Below are positions 1 through 8,686 of a stretch of 35,204 bases of DNA, piece after piece. The notes under the pieces are model-generated. The model was given only the letters and a program-made list of their open reading frames with translations, ran no database searches and was not told where the DNA came from. Every line of letters begins with the position of its first letter. The stretch's first letter is position 1. The DNA is from Candidatus Woesearchaeota archaeon (lineage in GTDB: Archaea > Nanobdellota > Nanobdellia > Woesearchaeales > WJKL01): contig WJKL01000031.1 of the NCBI GenBank assembly GCA_014729145.1, positions 1 to 35,204 on the forward strand. The letters are read 5' to 3'. Made by a program: the position numbers and the translations under genes.

Positions 1-1530
1 AAGAAAGGTATGCGAATTGTAATCACACTGAAAAAAGATTCTAATGAAGATATTGTATTAAATCAATTGATGAAACATACCAGATTGAAGACCACTTTTG
101 GAGTTAATATGCTTGCTTTAGTAGATAATGAGCCAAAGGTCCTGAACTTAAAAGATATTCTAGAGCATTATATTAATCACAGGAGAAATATTGTAAGAAA
201 AAGAACTAAATTTGATCTTAAAAAAGCACAGGACAGAGATCATATATTAGAGGGCCTTTTAATCGCATTGAAAAATATTGATAACACAATAAGGATCGTC
301 AAAGAGAGCGACAATGCAGATGAAGCATCAAAAAAGCTGATATCAAGTTTAGATATAAGCGAAAAGCAGGCTTCTGCAATCCTTGACATGAAACTTCAGA
401 GACTTACTGGACTGGAGCAGGATAAGATAAAGAAAGAGCATAAATCTCTAATAATGCTGATTGAAGAGCTGCAGAAGATACTTGCTGATGAAAATGAAAT
501 ATTAAAGATCATCAAAGAAGAATTAAAAGAATTAAAAGAAAATTATGGTGATGAAAGAAGGACAGAAATTGTTGAAGCTGAGGAAGAATTAGAAAAAGAA
601 GATTTGATAAAACCAGAAGATATGGTAATAAGCATAACGCATTCAGGTTATATCAAAAGGCTGCCCATCAACACTTACAGGGCTCAGAGAAGAGGAGGAA
701 AAGGAGTTATTGCAGCAAAGACAAAAGACGAGGATTTTGTTGAAGATCTTTTTGTAGCCAACACACATTCTTATGTTTTATTTTTTACAAACAAAGGAAA
801 GGTGAAATGGCTTAAGGTATATGAGATTCCTGAAGCAGGGAGAACTGCAAAAGGGCAGGCTATTGTGAACTTGTTAAGGCTTGGAGAGGAAGAAAAAGTC
901 ACAGCATATGTGCCTGTTAGAAAATTCAATGAAGGGTATCTTTTCATGGCAACAAAGAAAGGCATTGTGAAGAAGACTTCGATAGAAGAATTTTCAAGGC
1001 CAAGAAAAGGAGGAATAATCGCATTGAACCTGAAAAAGGGTGACGAGCTTATCGGGGTCAAAAAAACAAAAGGAGATTATCAAATAATGCTGGCAACTAA
1101 GAAAGGAAAGGCCATAAAATTCAAAGAAAAAGATGTAAGAAGCATGGGAAGGACTGCAAGAGGGGTCAGAGGGATAAGATTAAGAAAGGATGATAAGGTT
1201 GTAGGTATGGTAATTGCCAAAGAAGACGAATCTTTGTTTACTATTACTGAAAATGGATACGGAAAAAGAACTGATGTTTCTAAATATAGATTGATCAAAA
1301 GAGGAGGAAAAGGAGTGATCAACATAAAGTGTACTGAAAGGAACGGAAATGTTATAGGTATCAAGGATGTTAAAGATGATGATCAATTAATGCTAATAAC
1401 CAGAAGAGGCATCGGTATAAGGTTCAAGGCAAAAGATATCTCTAAGATAGGAAGAGCAACACAAGGTGTCAAGATCATGAATTTAAAAGATGGAGACAAG
1501 GTTTCTTCTGCTGCCAAGATAAAAGAATGA
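1..1530 (+). CDS. gyrA: DNA gyrase subunit A, 5'-truncated by the window edge
   Basis: Frame is open from base 1 (KKGMRIVI...). Contains FGVNMLAL, ILDMKLQRLTGLE, the GyrA-box QRRGGKG and C-terminal beta-pinwheel repeats. Confidence 0.97.
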   Translation, partial: KKGMRIVITLKKDSNEDIVLNQLMKHTRLKTTFGVNMLALVDNEPKVLNLKDILEHYINHRRNIVRKRTKFDLKKAQDRDHILEGLLIALKNIDNTIRIVKESDNADEASKKLISSLDISEKQASAILDMKLQRLTGLEQDKIKKEHKSLIMLIEELQKILADENEILKIIKEELKELKENYGDERRTEIVEAEEELEKEDLIKPEDMVISITHSGYIKRLPINTYRAQRRGGKGVIAAKTKDEDFVEDLFVANTHSYVLFFTNKGKVKWLKVYEIPEAGRTAKGQAIVNLLRLGEEEKVTAYVPVRKFNEGYLFMATKKGIVKKTSIEEFSRPRKGGIIALNLKKGDELIGVKKTKGDYQIMLATKKGKAIKFKEKDVRSMGRTARGVRGIRLRKDDKVVGMVIAKEDESLFTITENGYGKRTDVSKYRLIKRGGKGVINIKCTERNGNVIGIKDVKDDDQLMLITRRGIGIRFKAKDISKIGRATQGVKIMNLKDGDKVSSAAKIKE

Positions 1531-2423
1531 AGGCATTAGCAATTTCTTATAAAGGTATGGAAGATATTACTGCTTTGGAGATCAAAGAATTAATTGGGAA
1601 GAAAGCTTCTGTTAAGGAAAGCTGCTGTGTATTTGAATGTTCTAAAAAAGAACTTGCAAAATATTGTTATCTATGCCAGGGAGCTAACAGGGTTTTGATT
1701 TTATTGGAAGATTTTAAGATAGATAATATTTCTGATTTGAAGAAGATAGATGGGATTGATTTTTCTAAATGGCTGAAAGATGGCAGAACTTTTGCTGCCA
1801 GAAGCGAGATTGTAGATAATGAACTGGAAGACTATGATGTTCAGAAGACAACAGGGGATAAGATTGATGCAAAGGTCGATTTGGATAATCCAGATATTAC
1901 TGTTTTTGTCTATATTTATTCTGATGATTGCTATGTTGGAGTTGATTTTTCAGGAGATACGAGCAAGAGAGATTATAAGATCAAATTAACAAGAGATGAT
2001 CTGAAAGGGACCATAGCTTACGCATTAGTAAGATTGAGCGGTTTTGAAAAAGGAAAGAGTTTTTTGAACCTTAATGCCAAGACAGGAACGATAGCAATAG
2101 AATCTGCTTTGTTCGGAAGCAGGAAAAGTGTTAATTTTTACAATAAACAGAAATTTCCTTTTTTGAAATTTATTGATATAGGTTTAGAACAGTGGGACAA
2201 GGAAGCTCAAGATGTAAAGGTTTATGCTTATGATTCCCCTGGTTATCTGGATGTGGTAAGAAAGAACGCTGTGGTTGCAGGTGTTGATGTTAAGCTAGAA
2301 AAAATTGAAGCTGACTGTGTTGTCAGATATAAAAGAAAAAAAGCAGAGATAAAAGATCTGAAAAAAGAAAGAGAGATAAAGCACGGGAAGGAAGTTTTGA
2401 AAGTAGAAAATTTTATAGATTAA
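1527..2423 (+). CDS. THUMP-domain RNA methyltransferase-like protein (Trm14/RlmL-like), degenerate C-terminus
   Basis: KGMEDITALEIKEL N-terminus, KVDLDNPD...VGVDFSG...KRDYK and LKGTIAYALVRL motifs. The SAM motif is altered (NAKTGTIAIE) and no NPPY motif is present. Confidence 0.75.
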   Translation: MKALAISYKGMEDITALEIKELIGKKASVKESCCVFECSKKELAKYCYLCQGANRVLILLEDFKIDNISDLKKIDGIDFSKWLKDGRTFAARSEIVDNELEDYDVQKTTGDKIDAKVDLDNPDITVFVYIYSDDCYVGVDFSGDTSKRDYKIKLTRDDLKGTIAYALVRLSGFEKGKSFLNLNAKTGTIAIESALFGSRKSVNFYNKQKFPFLKFIDIGLEQWDKEAQDVKVYAYDSPGYLDVVRKNAVVAGVDVKLEKIEADCVVRYKRKKAEIKDLKKEREIKHGKEVLKVENFID

Positions 2424-2429
2424 TTATCT

Positions 2430-2504
2430 TTAATTCGGATGAGATTCTCTATGCATTTTATACCAAACCTCTTCTGGTTTTCTTCTTAATTCTGCTTCTA
2501 ACAT
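2430..2504 (-). CDS. candidate 24-aa leaderless small protein MLEAELRRKPEEVWYKMHRESHPN
   Basis: Hand-translated ATG(2504)..TAA(2430). A TTTAAAAA TATA-like box (2529-2536, minus) lies 24 nt upstream. Confidence 0.3.
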   Translation of the reverse strand: MLEAELRRKPEEVWYKMHRESHPN

Positions 2505-2593
2505 CTTAATTATTTTAATAATTAAAGCTTTTTAAACCTTCGCGAAATGTTTTAAGAATAGTAAGTTTTTTAAATCCATGAAAATTCATTAAA

Positions 2594-3062
2594 ATAGGTA
2601 GGGGAAGCACTTAACTGACGGTGATTTGAGTTGAACATTTTTAAAAATGTTTGATTGTTCGTTGAGGTAAAGTTGGAGCAAGTCCAACAGACCTCACCGA
2701 TAAATCGCTGAGGAAAGTCCACCCACCGAGTAAAAAGTCACTCGTGTTATGCGAGATGGAGAAATCCATGGCAATGGGCCAGAAAAACACGTCCACATTT
2801 CGGGATGAAAATGGCGAAGCTTTGCTGCGAAGCAAGTGAGTTTTTGTTGAATAAATTCAACAAACCTTCAACTAGCGTTGAAGTAACCCGTAGACTATGT
2901 TTTGTGGGATCGGTGAAATCCGAATCCTGGCTGGTGCAAGTGCTGTTTAGCATGCTAAGTAGAATGTTAAGGCAGTCTGCCCATGTGAAGGCATAGCAAA
3001 CTTTTAGTTTGCAGGTACCTCGTGGAGACTGACAAAAGGTGGCTTATCGCTTCTCTACCTAT
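2594..3062 (+). ncRNA. rnpB: RNase P RNA
   Basis: P1 ATAGGTAGGGGAAGC/GCTTCTCTACCTAT, P2 CTTAAC/GTTAAG, CR-I GAGGAAAGTCCACC (2710-2723), CR-V ACAAAAGGTGGCTTAT, CCAGAAAA and GGTGAAA elements, P9 ATGGA-GAAA-TCCAT. TATA box near 2568-2575. Confidence 0.93.
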
Positions 3063-3082
3063 CTTAATCATAAGGTGATCAA

Positions 3083-3256
3083 ATGGCTAATGATAAAGTA
3101 AGGATGCCCAGCGGAATGGGGGGATTAGTAAGGTATTTTGATGAATATAAAAGCAAACTGACCTTCAACCCAGGGATGATTATTGTTCTGTGTGTTATTG
3201 TGATAATAATAATGATAGTTCTCCATCTATTTGGAAATAAGCTTTTGGGGATATAG
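3083..3256 (+). CDS. secG: preprotein translocase subunit Sec61beta (57 aa, missed by ORF track)
   Basis: MANDKVRMPSGMGGLVRYFDEYKSKLTFNPG followed by one TM helix; GLVRYF motif; AGGTGA SD upstream. Confidence 0.93.
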   Translation: MANDKVRMPSGMGGLVRYFDEYKSKLTFNPGMIIVLCVIVIIIMIVLHLFGNKLLGI

Positions 3257-3266
3257 GTGAAATAAT

Positions 3267-3605
3267 ATGATGCCAGGAATGAATCCACGGAAAATGCAAA
3301 AGATGATGAAAAAGATGGGTATTGCCCAGACTGAGATAGATGCTAATGAAGTTATAATTAGATGTGATGATAAAGAGATAGTGATCACAGAGCCTTCAGT
3401 GGCAAAAGTCAAGGCGATGGGGCAAGAGCAGTTCACAGTGAGCGGGAATGTAGAAGAAAGAGAACTGGATGCAACTCCTGAAATAAATGAAGAAGATATC
3501 AAGACTGTGATGGGGCAGGCAGATGTTGATGAAGAGAAAGCAAAAGAAGCTTTGGAATCTGCTGAAGGAGACATAGCAAAAGCAATTATGGACCTGCAGG
3601 GATAA
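3267..3605 (+). CDS. nac: nascent polypeptide-associated complex protein
   Basis: MNPRKMQKMMKKMGI N-terminus and a C-terminal UBA-like EEDIKTVMGQA...GDIAKAIMDL domain. Confidence 0.95.
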   Translation: MMPGMNPRKMQKMMKKMGIAQTEIDANEVIIRCDDKEIVITEPSVAKVKAMGQEQFTVSGNVEERELDATPEINEEDIKTVMGQADVDEEKAKEALESAEGDIAKAIMDLQG

Positions 3606-3606
3606 A

Positions 3607-4344
3607 ATGCTTGAATATCTTAGAATTAGAAAGATAGTCAAAAATATAACTTCTTTTATTGTTGATGAACTGAAAGACAAAGGATTGATTTCTTTATATT
3701 TGGCTGGGACTGTTTTAACAAAAGACAGAACACCTTACAGCGATATTGATATCTTTGGTATTGTAAGTTCTGACTTTGATATAAGAAAAGAAGAAGATGA
3801 GATAAATTCTAAATTAAAATTAAAGAAAAACAGCATTTGCAGGGGATTTGAAACTAGATTTAGAGGAATTGGAATCGATGAACTAGAGGGAGGAAAACCA
3901 AGAGGAATAGTATCCAAACATATTGGATTAAATATAATAATCAAAAAATTTCCATTTTATAAGAAAATTTGGGGGAAGAAAATTGATTTGTCTAAATTTC
4001 CAGTCAAACCTATCGAATTAAAAGAAGAAGCAAAAGATTATATTAAAACCATAGAAACATTCATGAAAAAATTTAGGGCTGGAGAAGAAACTTTCCCTAT
4101 GCAAAATTTTTCAAAATCAGTATTAAATTTAGCAAGAGTAGAAGCTGAAAAAGAATATGGATTCAGATTTGATCCTTCTTATAAGAAACTTACCAAACAT
4201 CTTGCAAAAGAGAGAGATCACATTGCTCATAAAGCAATGGAGTTTAGATATAAAAAAGTTACCAGAAAAGAAGTTTTAGATTTCTGCAATGAAGTTGAGA
4301 TTTATATAAAGGATCTGAAGAAGAGATTTGCTGAATGGAGATAA
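3607..4344 (+). CDS. Pol-beta superfamily nucleotidyltransferase-domain protein
   Basis: LYLAGT-x9-SDIDIFGIV matches hG[GS]x9-13DhD, followed by a helical C-terminal domain. Confidence 0.7.
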   Translation: MLEYLRIRKIVKNITSFIVDELKDKGLISLYLAGTVLTKDRTPYSDIDIFGIVSSDFDIRKEEDEINSKLKLKKNSICRGFETRFRGIGIDELEGGKPRGIVSKHIGLNIIIKKFPFYKKIWGKKIDLSKFPVKPIELKEEAKDYIKTIETFMKKFRAGEETFPMQNFSKSVLNLARVEAEKEYGFRFDPSYKKLTKHLAKERDHIAHKAMEFRYKKVTRKEVLDFCNEVEIYIKDLKKRFAEWR

Positions 4345-4390
4345 TTGCATAAACTATTTAAACTAAGTTCTTTTTATATATCTAGGGGCA

Positions 4391-4876
4391 ATGGAAAGAT
4401 TTCAAGAACATAGGGATAAGGCTAAAAAGAATCTGAAGATAGCAGATCATATGCTAACTGTAACATTTCCTTTAGTAAAAGATTCTAAATTATTGTTGGC
4501 AGTCATCGAGAATCTATTTTTGTCATATACAAATGCGATGGCTTCAATATTGCACTATGAAAGATTGTTCAAAAGGATCCCTCCTTTTCAGGACACTTTT
4601 GAAAGTAAATTTAACATGTTCAAAGAGAAGATAGTTAACAAGCATAAGATAGACAAGGAATACCTTAAGGAAGTCCAGGATATCAGGGACATTATCTTAG
4701 AGCACAGAAAGAGCCCGGTTGAGTTCAGGAAGAAAGACAGGTTTGTGATATGTTCAGAAAATTACAGGATTAAATCTGTGAGTGCAGACGATATAAAGAA
4801 ATACCTTTATAAGGCAAAGGTATTTATACAAGTAATGGATAATATAGTGAAGAAAAATGAAGGATTATTTAGATAA
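4391..4876 (+). CDS. hypothetical helical protein, possibly HEPN-like
   Basis: 161-aa ORF with a TATA box upstream. AKKNLKIADHML N-terminal helix and an RDIILEH (Rx5H) motif. Confidence 0.6.
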   Translation: MERFQEHRDKAKKNLKIADHMLTVTFPLVKDSKLLLAVIENLFLSYTNAMASILHYERLFKRIPPFQDTFESKFNMFKEKIVNKHKIDKEYLKEVQDIRDIILEHRKSPVEFRKKDRFVICSENYRIKSVSADDIKKYLYKAKVFIQVMDNIVKKNEGLFR

Positions 4877-5309
4877 GCTCAAAAGCGAGCTGAAGAGAAC
4901 AGAGCACCTATTCTATGTAAGTCTAAAATATACTAGGACAGTCGATGTTATAAGAAGTGTAATACAAAGACTGATTAATGCATTTGATGCAGGAATGGAA
5001 GGCATATTAAAGAAAAAACAAAGAAGAAAGAAAACTTTGGAAATACCTGAACAGCCGAGGAAAAGATGCGAAGTGATCAAGGAGCTTTTTGCAGATGACA
5101 AAGAGTTGATAAACTTTATCGATTTTTACCTAAATCTTAGGAATATAATACAGGCAAAATATGACAAGGCGCACGAATATAGGAGAAACGTAAAGATGAT
5201 AACCCATCTTGGTCCTGAGAACGACCTTGATGTGAATATCGATCTTCTGCTTGAATACTACAACAGAGCCAAAAAATTTGAGGAGTATATCAAGGAGAAA
5301 TTAGGATGA
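4857..5309 (+). CDS. hypothetical helical protein, possibly HEPN-like
   Basis: 150-aa ORF overlapping both neighbours; similar helical layout (ELKRTEHLFYVSL...LRNII). Confidence 0.6.
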   Translation: MKDYLDKLKSELKRTEHLFYVSLKYTRTVDVIRSVIQRLINAFDAGMEGILKKKQRRKKTLEIPEQPRKRCEVIKELFADDKELINFIDFYLNLRNIIQAKYDKAHEYRRNVKMITHLGPENDLDVNIDLLLEYYNRAKKFEEYIKEKLG

Positions 5310-6007
5310 CCAGGTTTATAGCGGTTGTTTCTGGAAAAGGAGGAGTTGGAAAAACAACTGTAGCAATAAATCTAGGGGTTTGTCTTTCTAATGCAGGCAA
5401 CGATGCAGTAGTATTAGACGGCAATCTGACAGCACCGAATGTAGGTATATATCTGGGTTTTCCAAATCCTCCGGCAAGTTTTCATGAGGTTATAAAAGGA
5501 GATGAGCCAATTGAAAATGCAACTTATATGCATTCTTCAGGATTGAAGGTCATCCCAGGAAGTATAAGGTTTGATGTTTTTGATGATGTCAATCTTAGCA
5601 GGATAGAGAAATCATTCAATAAATTAAAAGGATACTCTGAAACAGTTATCATAGATACAGGGGCTGGTCTGACTTCAGAGAACAAGGCAGTGATGAATAT
5701 GGCTGATGAAGTGATGATTGTGACTACTCCTGAATTTGCTGCAGTTACAGAAGCATTAAGAACAATAAAAAATGCAGAGAAACAAAACAAGCTCGTCTTA
5801 GGGATTGTTTTAAATAAAGTTCATTCTATCAGAAATGAAATTTCAGTTGAGAATGTAAAGACAATGCTGGGTTTCCCAATAATGGGCATGATCCCAAGGA
5901 GCGAGATGATCAAAAAAGCTCAGATAATGAAGCACCCTGTTGTATATTCAGATCCACAGTCAGAAGTCGCGCTTGAATTCAGCAGGATTGCAGAAAGACT
6001 TAAATAA
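5306..6007 (+). CDS. minD: MinD-family P-loop ATPase
   Basis: Deviant Walker A SGKGGVGKTT, IIDTGAG and GIVLNKV motifs. Confidence 0.88.
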   Translation: MTRFIAVVSGKGGVGKTTVAINLGVCLSNAGNDAVVLDGNLTAPNVGIYLGFPNPPASFHEVIKGDEPIENATYMHSSGLKVIPGSIRFDVFDDVNLSRIEKSFNKLKGYSETVIIDTGAGLTSENKAVMNMADEVMIVTTPEFAAVTEALRTIKNAEKQNKLVLGIVLNKVHSIRNEISVENVKTMLGFPIMGMIPRSEMIKKAQIMKHPVVYSDPQSEVALEFSRIAERLK

Positions 6008-6031
6008 AAGATTTTATTAAGCATCATCAAA

Positions 6032-6553
6032 ATGAAAAAAGAAAGAAAAACAGAACTGATGAAAAAAGGGTGGAGTAAGGAAGAGATCAAAAACGCGGAG
6101 GATATCATCGAAGACAGAAAACTCCATGACAAAAGCAGATCTATGCTTCGTCTGGACAGGATCTTATTTTGGGGAATATTGTTTATGATGGCAGTCGGAA
6201 ATGCATTAGTAGCTTTTATACTTATACCTCTGCTGCTTGTTTTCAATAAATTAGTTATGAATCTATTTGTTATTGTTATCGGGTTTTCAATTGGAGTGCT
6301 GTTTAATTTTCTTATATGGGATATAGAAGAACATCTTACAAGGAAACATCATCTGATTGCAGCACTTTCAATCCCAATACTTGCACTTTTTAATATGTAT
6401 TTTATAGTCAAAGCATCAAATGCAATAAACATCCTTTTTGATATTTCTGAAGTTAAAGGGGACCCTGTGACTGTAAGCGCACTATATGCGATAGCTTTTC
6501 TGCTTCCTTATCTATGGACTTTATTTGTAAATAAGAAGATAAAGAAATATTAA
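6032..6553 (+). CDS. hypothetical membrane protein (about 4 TM helices)
   Basis: Charged N-terminus (KGWSKEEI) followed by four hydrophobic segments. Confidence 0.7.
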   Translation: MKKERKTELMKKGWSKEEIKNAEDIIEDRKLHDKSRSMLRLDRILFWGILFMMAVGNALVAFILIPLLLVFNKLVMNLFVIVIGFSIGVLFNFLIWDIEEHLTRKHHLIAALSIPILALFNMYFIVKASNAINILFDISEVKGDPVTVSALYAIAFLLPYLWTLFVNKKIKKY

Positions 6554-7785
6554 TGTTTTATTATCTTTACTTTCTTGATTCCTTGTCTAGTGGCTTTGTC
6601 TATGATTAAGGTTGTATTTTTTAGTTTTATCTTTTCTCCTTTTTTTGGTATTCTCTTAAGTTTGTGTTCTATAAAACCCGCAAGTGTGTTGAATTTTTCC
6701 TCTTCTAATCCCAGATGAAGAGCATTATTTATCTCTTCTATAGATGCTCTTGCATCTACATCGATCAATTTTTTGTCCACTTTTTTAATATATATACTTT
6801 TTCTTCTGCTTTTGTCAAATATATCTCCTACTATCTCTTCAAGTATATCTTCCATAGTGACCATACCAGATATGCCCCCATACTCATCAACCACCAAAGC
6901 CAAAGGCATATGTTTTCCCTCGAATTCTATCAACAGATCATCTATCTCTTTTGATTCAGGAACAAAGAAAGCGGGCTTTGCCAGTGTTTTGACCATTGTA
7001 TTCAATTTTTTCTTTTTGACATATTTTAGAACATCATCAACATCCAAAATCCCAATGATTTTTTCCTTGGTCTTGTAATAGACAGGAAATCTTGAATAAG
7101 GTGTCTTCACAACATAACCGATGGTATTTTTTAATTTCTTTTTCCCATCTACCATAGCGAGGTCTGCTTTGGGTGTCATTATTTTGGTCACTTTTGTGCC
7201 TTCGAATTCAAGTACATTGCTCATGATCTCTGCAGCATCCTTGTTGATTATCCCTTCCTTTACCCCCATAGTCACTGTAGTTATGATTTCTTCTTCAGAA
7301 AGTTTTTTTACTTTATTTGATCGGGTCAGTGCTGATATGCTTCTTGAGATCAATTCAAAAAATTTTACAATGGGCAGGATACTTCTAGTCAATAGTTCCA
7401 GAGGCCTGGCTGCAATCAAAGAGATATTTTCAGCATTTTGTGCAGCAAATGTTTTTGGGGTTATTTCTCCAAACACCAAAACCAGCAGGGTCATGACACC
7501 TGTGGCAATTCCAGCTCCTGCTGATCCAAAAACACCTGTGAATATCACTGTTGCAAGAGAGGCCGCCCCAATATTTACTATATTATTTCCAATAAGGATG
7601 GTTATGATCAGCCTGTGAGGGTTTTGTTTTACCCTATGAAGTATTTTCGCTCCTTTTCTTTTTTTTCTTACCAGAGAATTGATCTTTATCCTGCTTACTG
7701 ACATCATGGCTGTTTCTATTCCTGAAAAAAGAGCTGAGAAAAATAAAAGAATTATCAAAGCCATAACTTGTATTTCTAAAATCAT
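6550..7785 (-). CDS. HlyC/CorC (CNNM) family transporter: DUF21 + 2 CBS + CorC domain
   Basis: FFSALFSGIETA, ILIGNNIVN, FGEITPK, YSRFPVY, VVDEYGG...TMEDILEEIVGDI and TLAGFI motifs. Confidence 0.93.
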   Translation of the reverse strand: MILEIQVMALIILLFFSALFSGIETAMMSVSRIKINSLVRKKRKGAKILHRVKQNPHRLIITILIGNNIVNIGAASLATVIFTGVFGSAGAGIATGVMTLLVLVFGEITPKTFAAQNAENISLIAARPLELLTRSILPIVKFFELISRSISALTRSNKVKKLSEEEIITTVTMGVKEGIINKDAAEIMSNVLEFEGTKVTKIMTPKADLAMVDGKKKLKNTIGYVVKTPYSRFPVYYKTKEKIIGILDVDDVLKYVKKKKLNTMVKTLAKPAFFVPESKEIDDLLIEFEGKHMPLALVVDEYGGISGMVTMEDILEEIVGDIFDKSRRKSIYIKKVDKKLIDVDARASIEEINNALHLGLEEEKFNTLAGFIEHKLKRIPKKGEKIKLKNTTLIIDKATRQGIKKVKIIKH

Positions 7786-7902
7786 TATTTTACCTCTTTT
7801 TTTATTTTTAAGATTAATTTATTTTTAAATATATCGAAAGAATATATTTTTAGCAGGTTTTCAGTAAATTTTATAAGTGGTTTATATTTCTAAATCTCTG
7901 TT

Positions 7903-8038
7903 GGCGGCCGTAGTTTAATGGTAAAATACAGGACTGTGGCAGTATAATGAGAGTGAGCCACTCTTTTGCAATTACCTGCAGATATCCTGTGTCGCGAGTT
8001 CGATAACTGATAATCAGTCGAAAGTCTCGCCGGCCGCC
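7903..8038 (+). tRNA. trnH: tRNA-His(GUG) with two introns (37/38: 7940-7983; 59/60: 8005-8024)
   Basis: Encoded G-1, acceptor GCGGCCG/CGGCCGC, C73, anticodon stem CAGGA/TCCTG with loop CTGTGG|A, T stem GCGAG/CTCGC. Both introns form bulge-helix-bulge (BHB) motifs. Confidence 0.92.
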
Positions 8039-8125
8039 CTTTTTCAATCAAATAATCAATTGATTTGAAAATAATATTCTAAAAACGGAAGCTTTATAAA
8101 TCAATCCCAGTTTTTCTATTAAATC

Positions 8126-8182
8126 AGCCCGAGTTCATTATGAGCGCATCAGTAGGGTTTCATAATAGAGATTTCTTGGGCT
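8126..8182 (+). promoter_or_regulatory. structured 5' leader of the rps13 operon
   Basis: AGCCCGAG/CTTGGGCT outer stem and ATTATGAG/TTCATAAT inner stem, about 25 nt downstream of TTTATAAA (8093-8100). Confidence 0.5.
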
Positions 8183-8198
8183 TTATATGTGAATAAAT

Positions 8199-8675
8199 AT
8201 GGCAGACAAAAAGGAATTTAAACATTTAGTACGAATTGCAAATACAGACCTTAATGGAGAAAAGCCAATAGGTTATGCATTAAGAAACATCAAAGGAGTA
8301 AATTTTCAACTGGCAAATGCTGTGTGTTCTATCGCGAATCTTGACAAGCAGAAAAAGGTAGGAAATCTTTCTGACGAGGAGATAGAAAAGTTGAGCAGTA
8401 TACTAAGCTCCCCTATAAAAAATGGAATGCCTGAATGGATGGGAAACAGAAGAAAAGATAGTACTGACGGAAAAGACAAGCATATAATAACAAATGACTT
8501 GATATTTACTGTTGACAATGATATAAAGATGATGAAAAAGATAAAGTCTTACAGGGGAAGAAGGCATGCATCAGGGCTGCCTGTAAGAGGACAAAAGACA
8601 AAATCAAACTTCAGGAGAAGCAAGGGAAAAGTTATGGGAGTAAAAAGAAAAAAGGTAAAACCAAGCAATAAATAA
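8199..8675 (+). CDS. rps13: 30S ribosomal protein uS13
   Basis: VRIANTDL, PEWMGNRRKD and SYRGRRH..GLPVRGQKT motifs. Confidence 0.98.
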   Translation: MADKKEFKHLVRIANTDLNGEKPIGYALRNIKGVNFQLANAVCSIANLDKQKKVGNLSDEEIEKLSSILSSPIKNGMPEWMGNRRKDSTDGKDKHIITNDLIFTVDNDIKMMKKIKSYRGRRHASGLPVRGQKTKSNFRRSKGKVMGVKRKKVKPSNK

Positions 8676-8686
8676 AGATAATAAAA

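Noticed and set aside
1..1530. Gyrase alongside topoisomerase VI in an archaeon as a novelty
   Set aside because: Already known in several archaeal lineages.
2641..2996. Three short ORFs (64-68 aa) in the ORF track
   Set aside because: They lie within the RNase P RNA gene.
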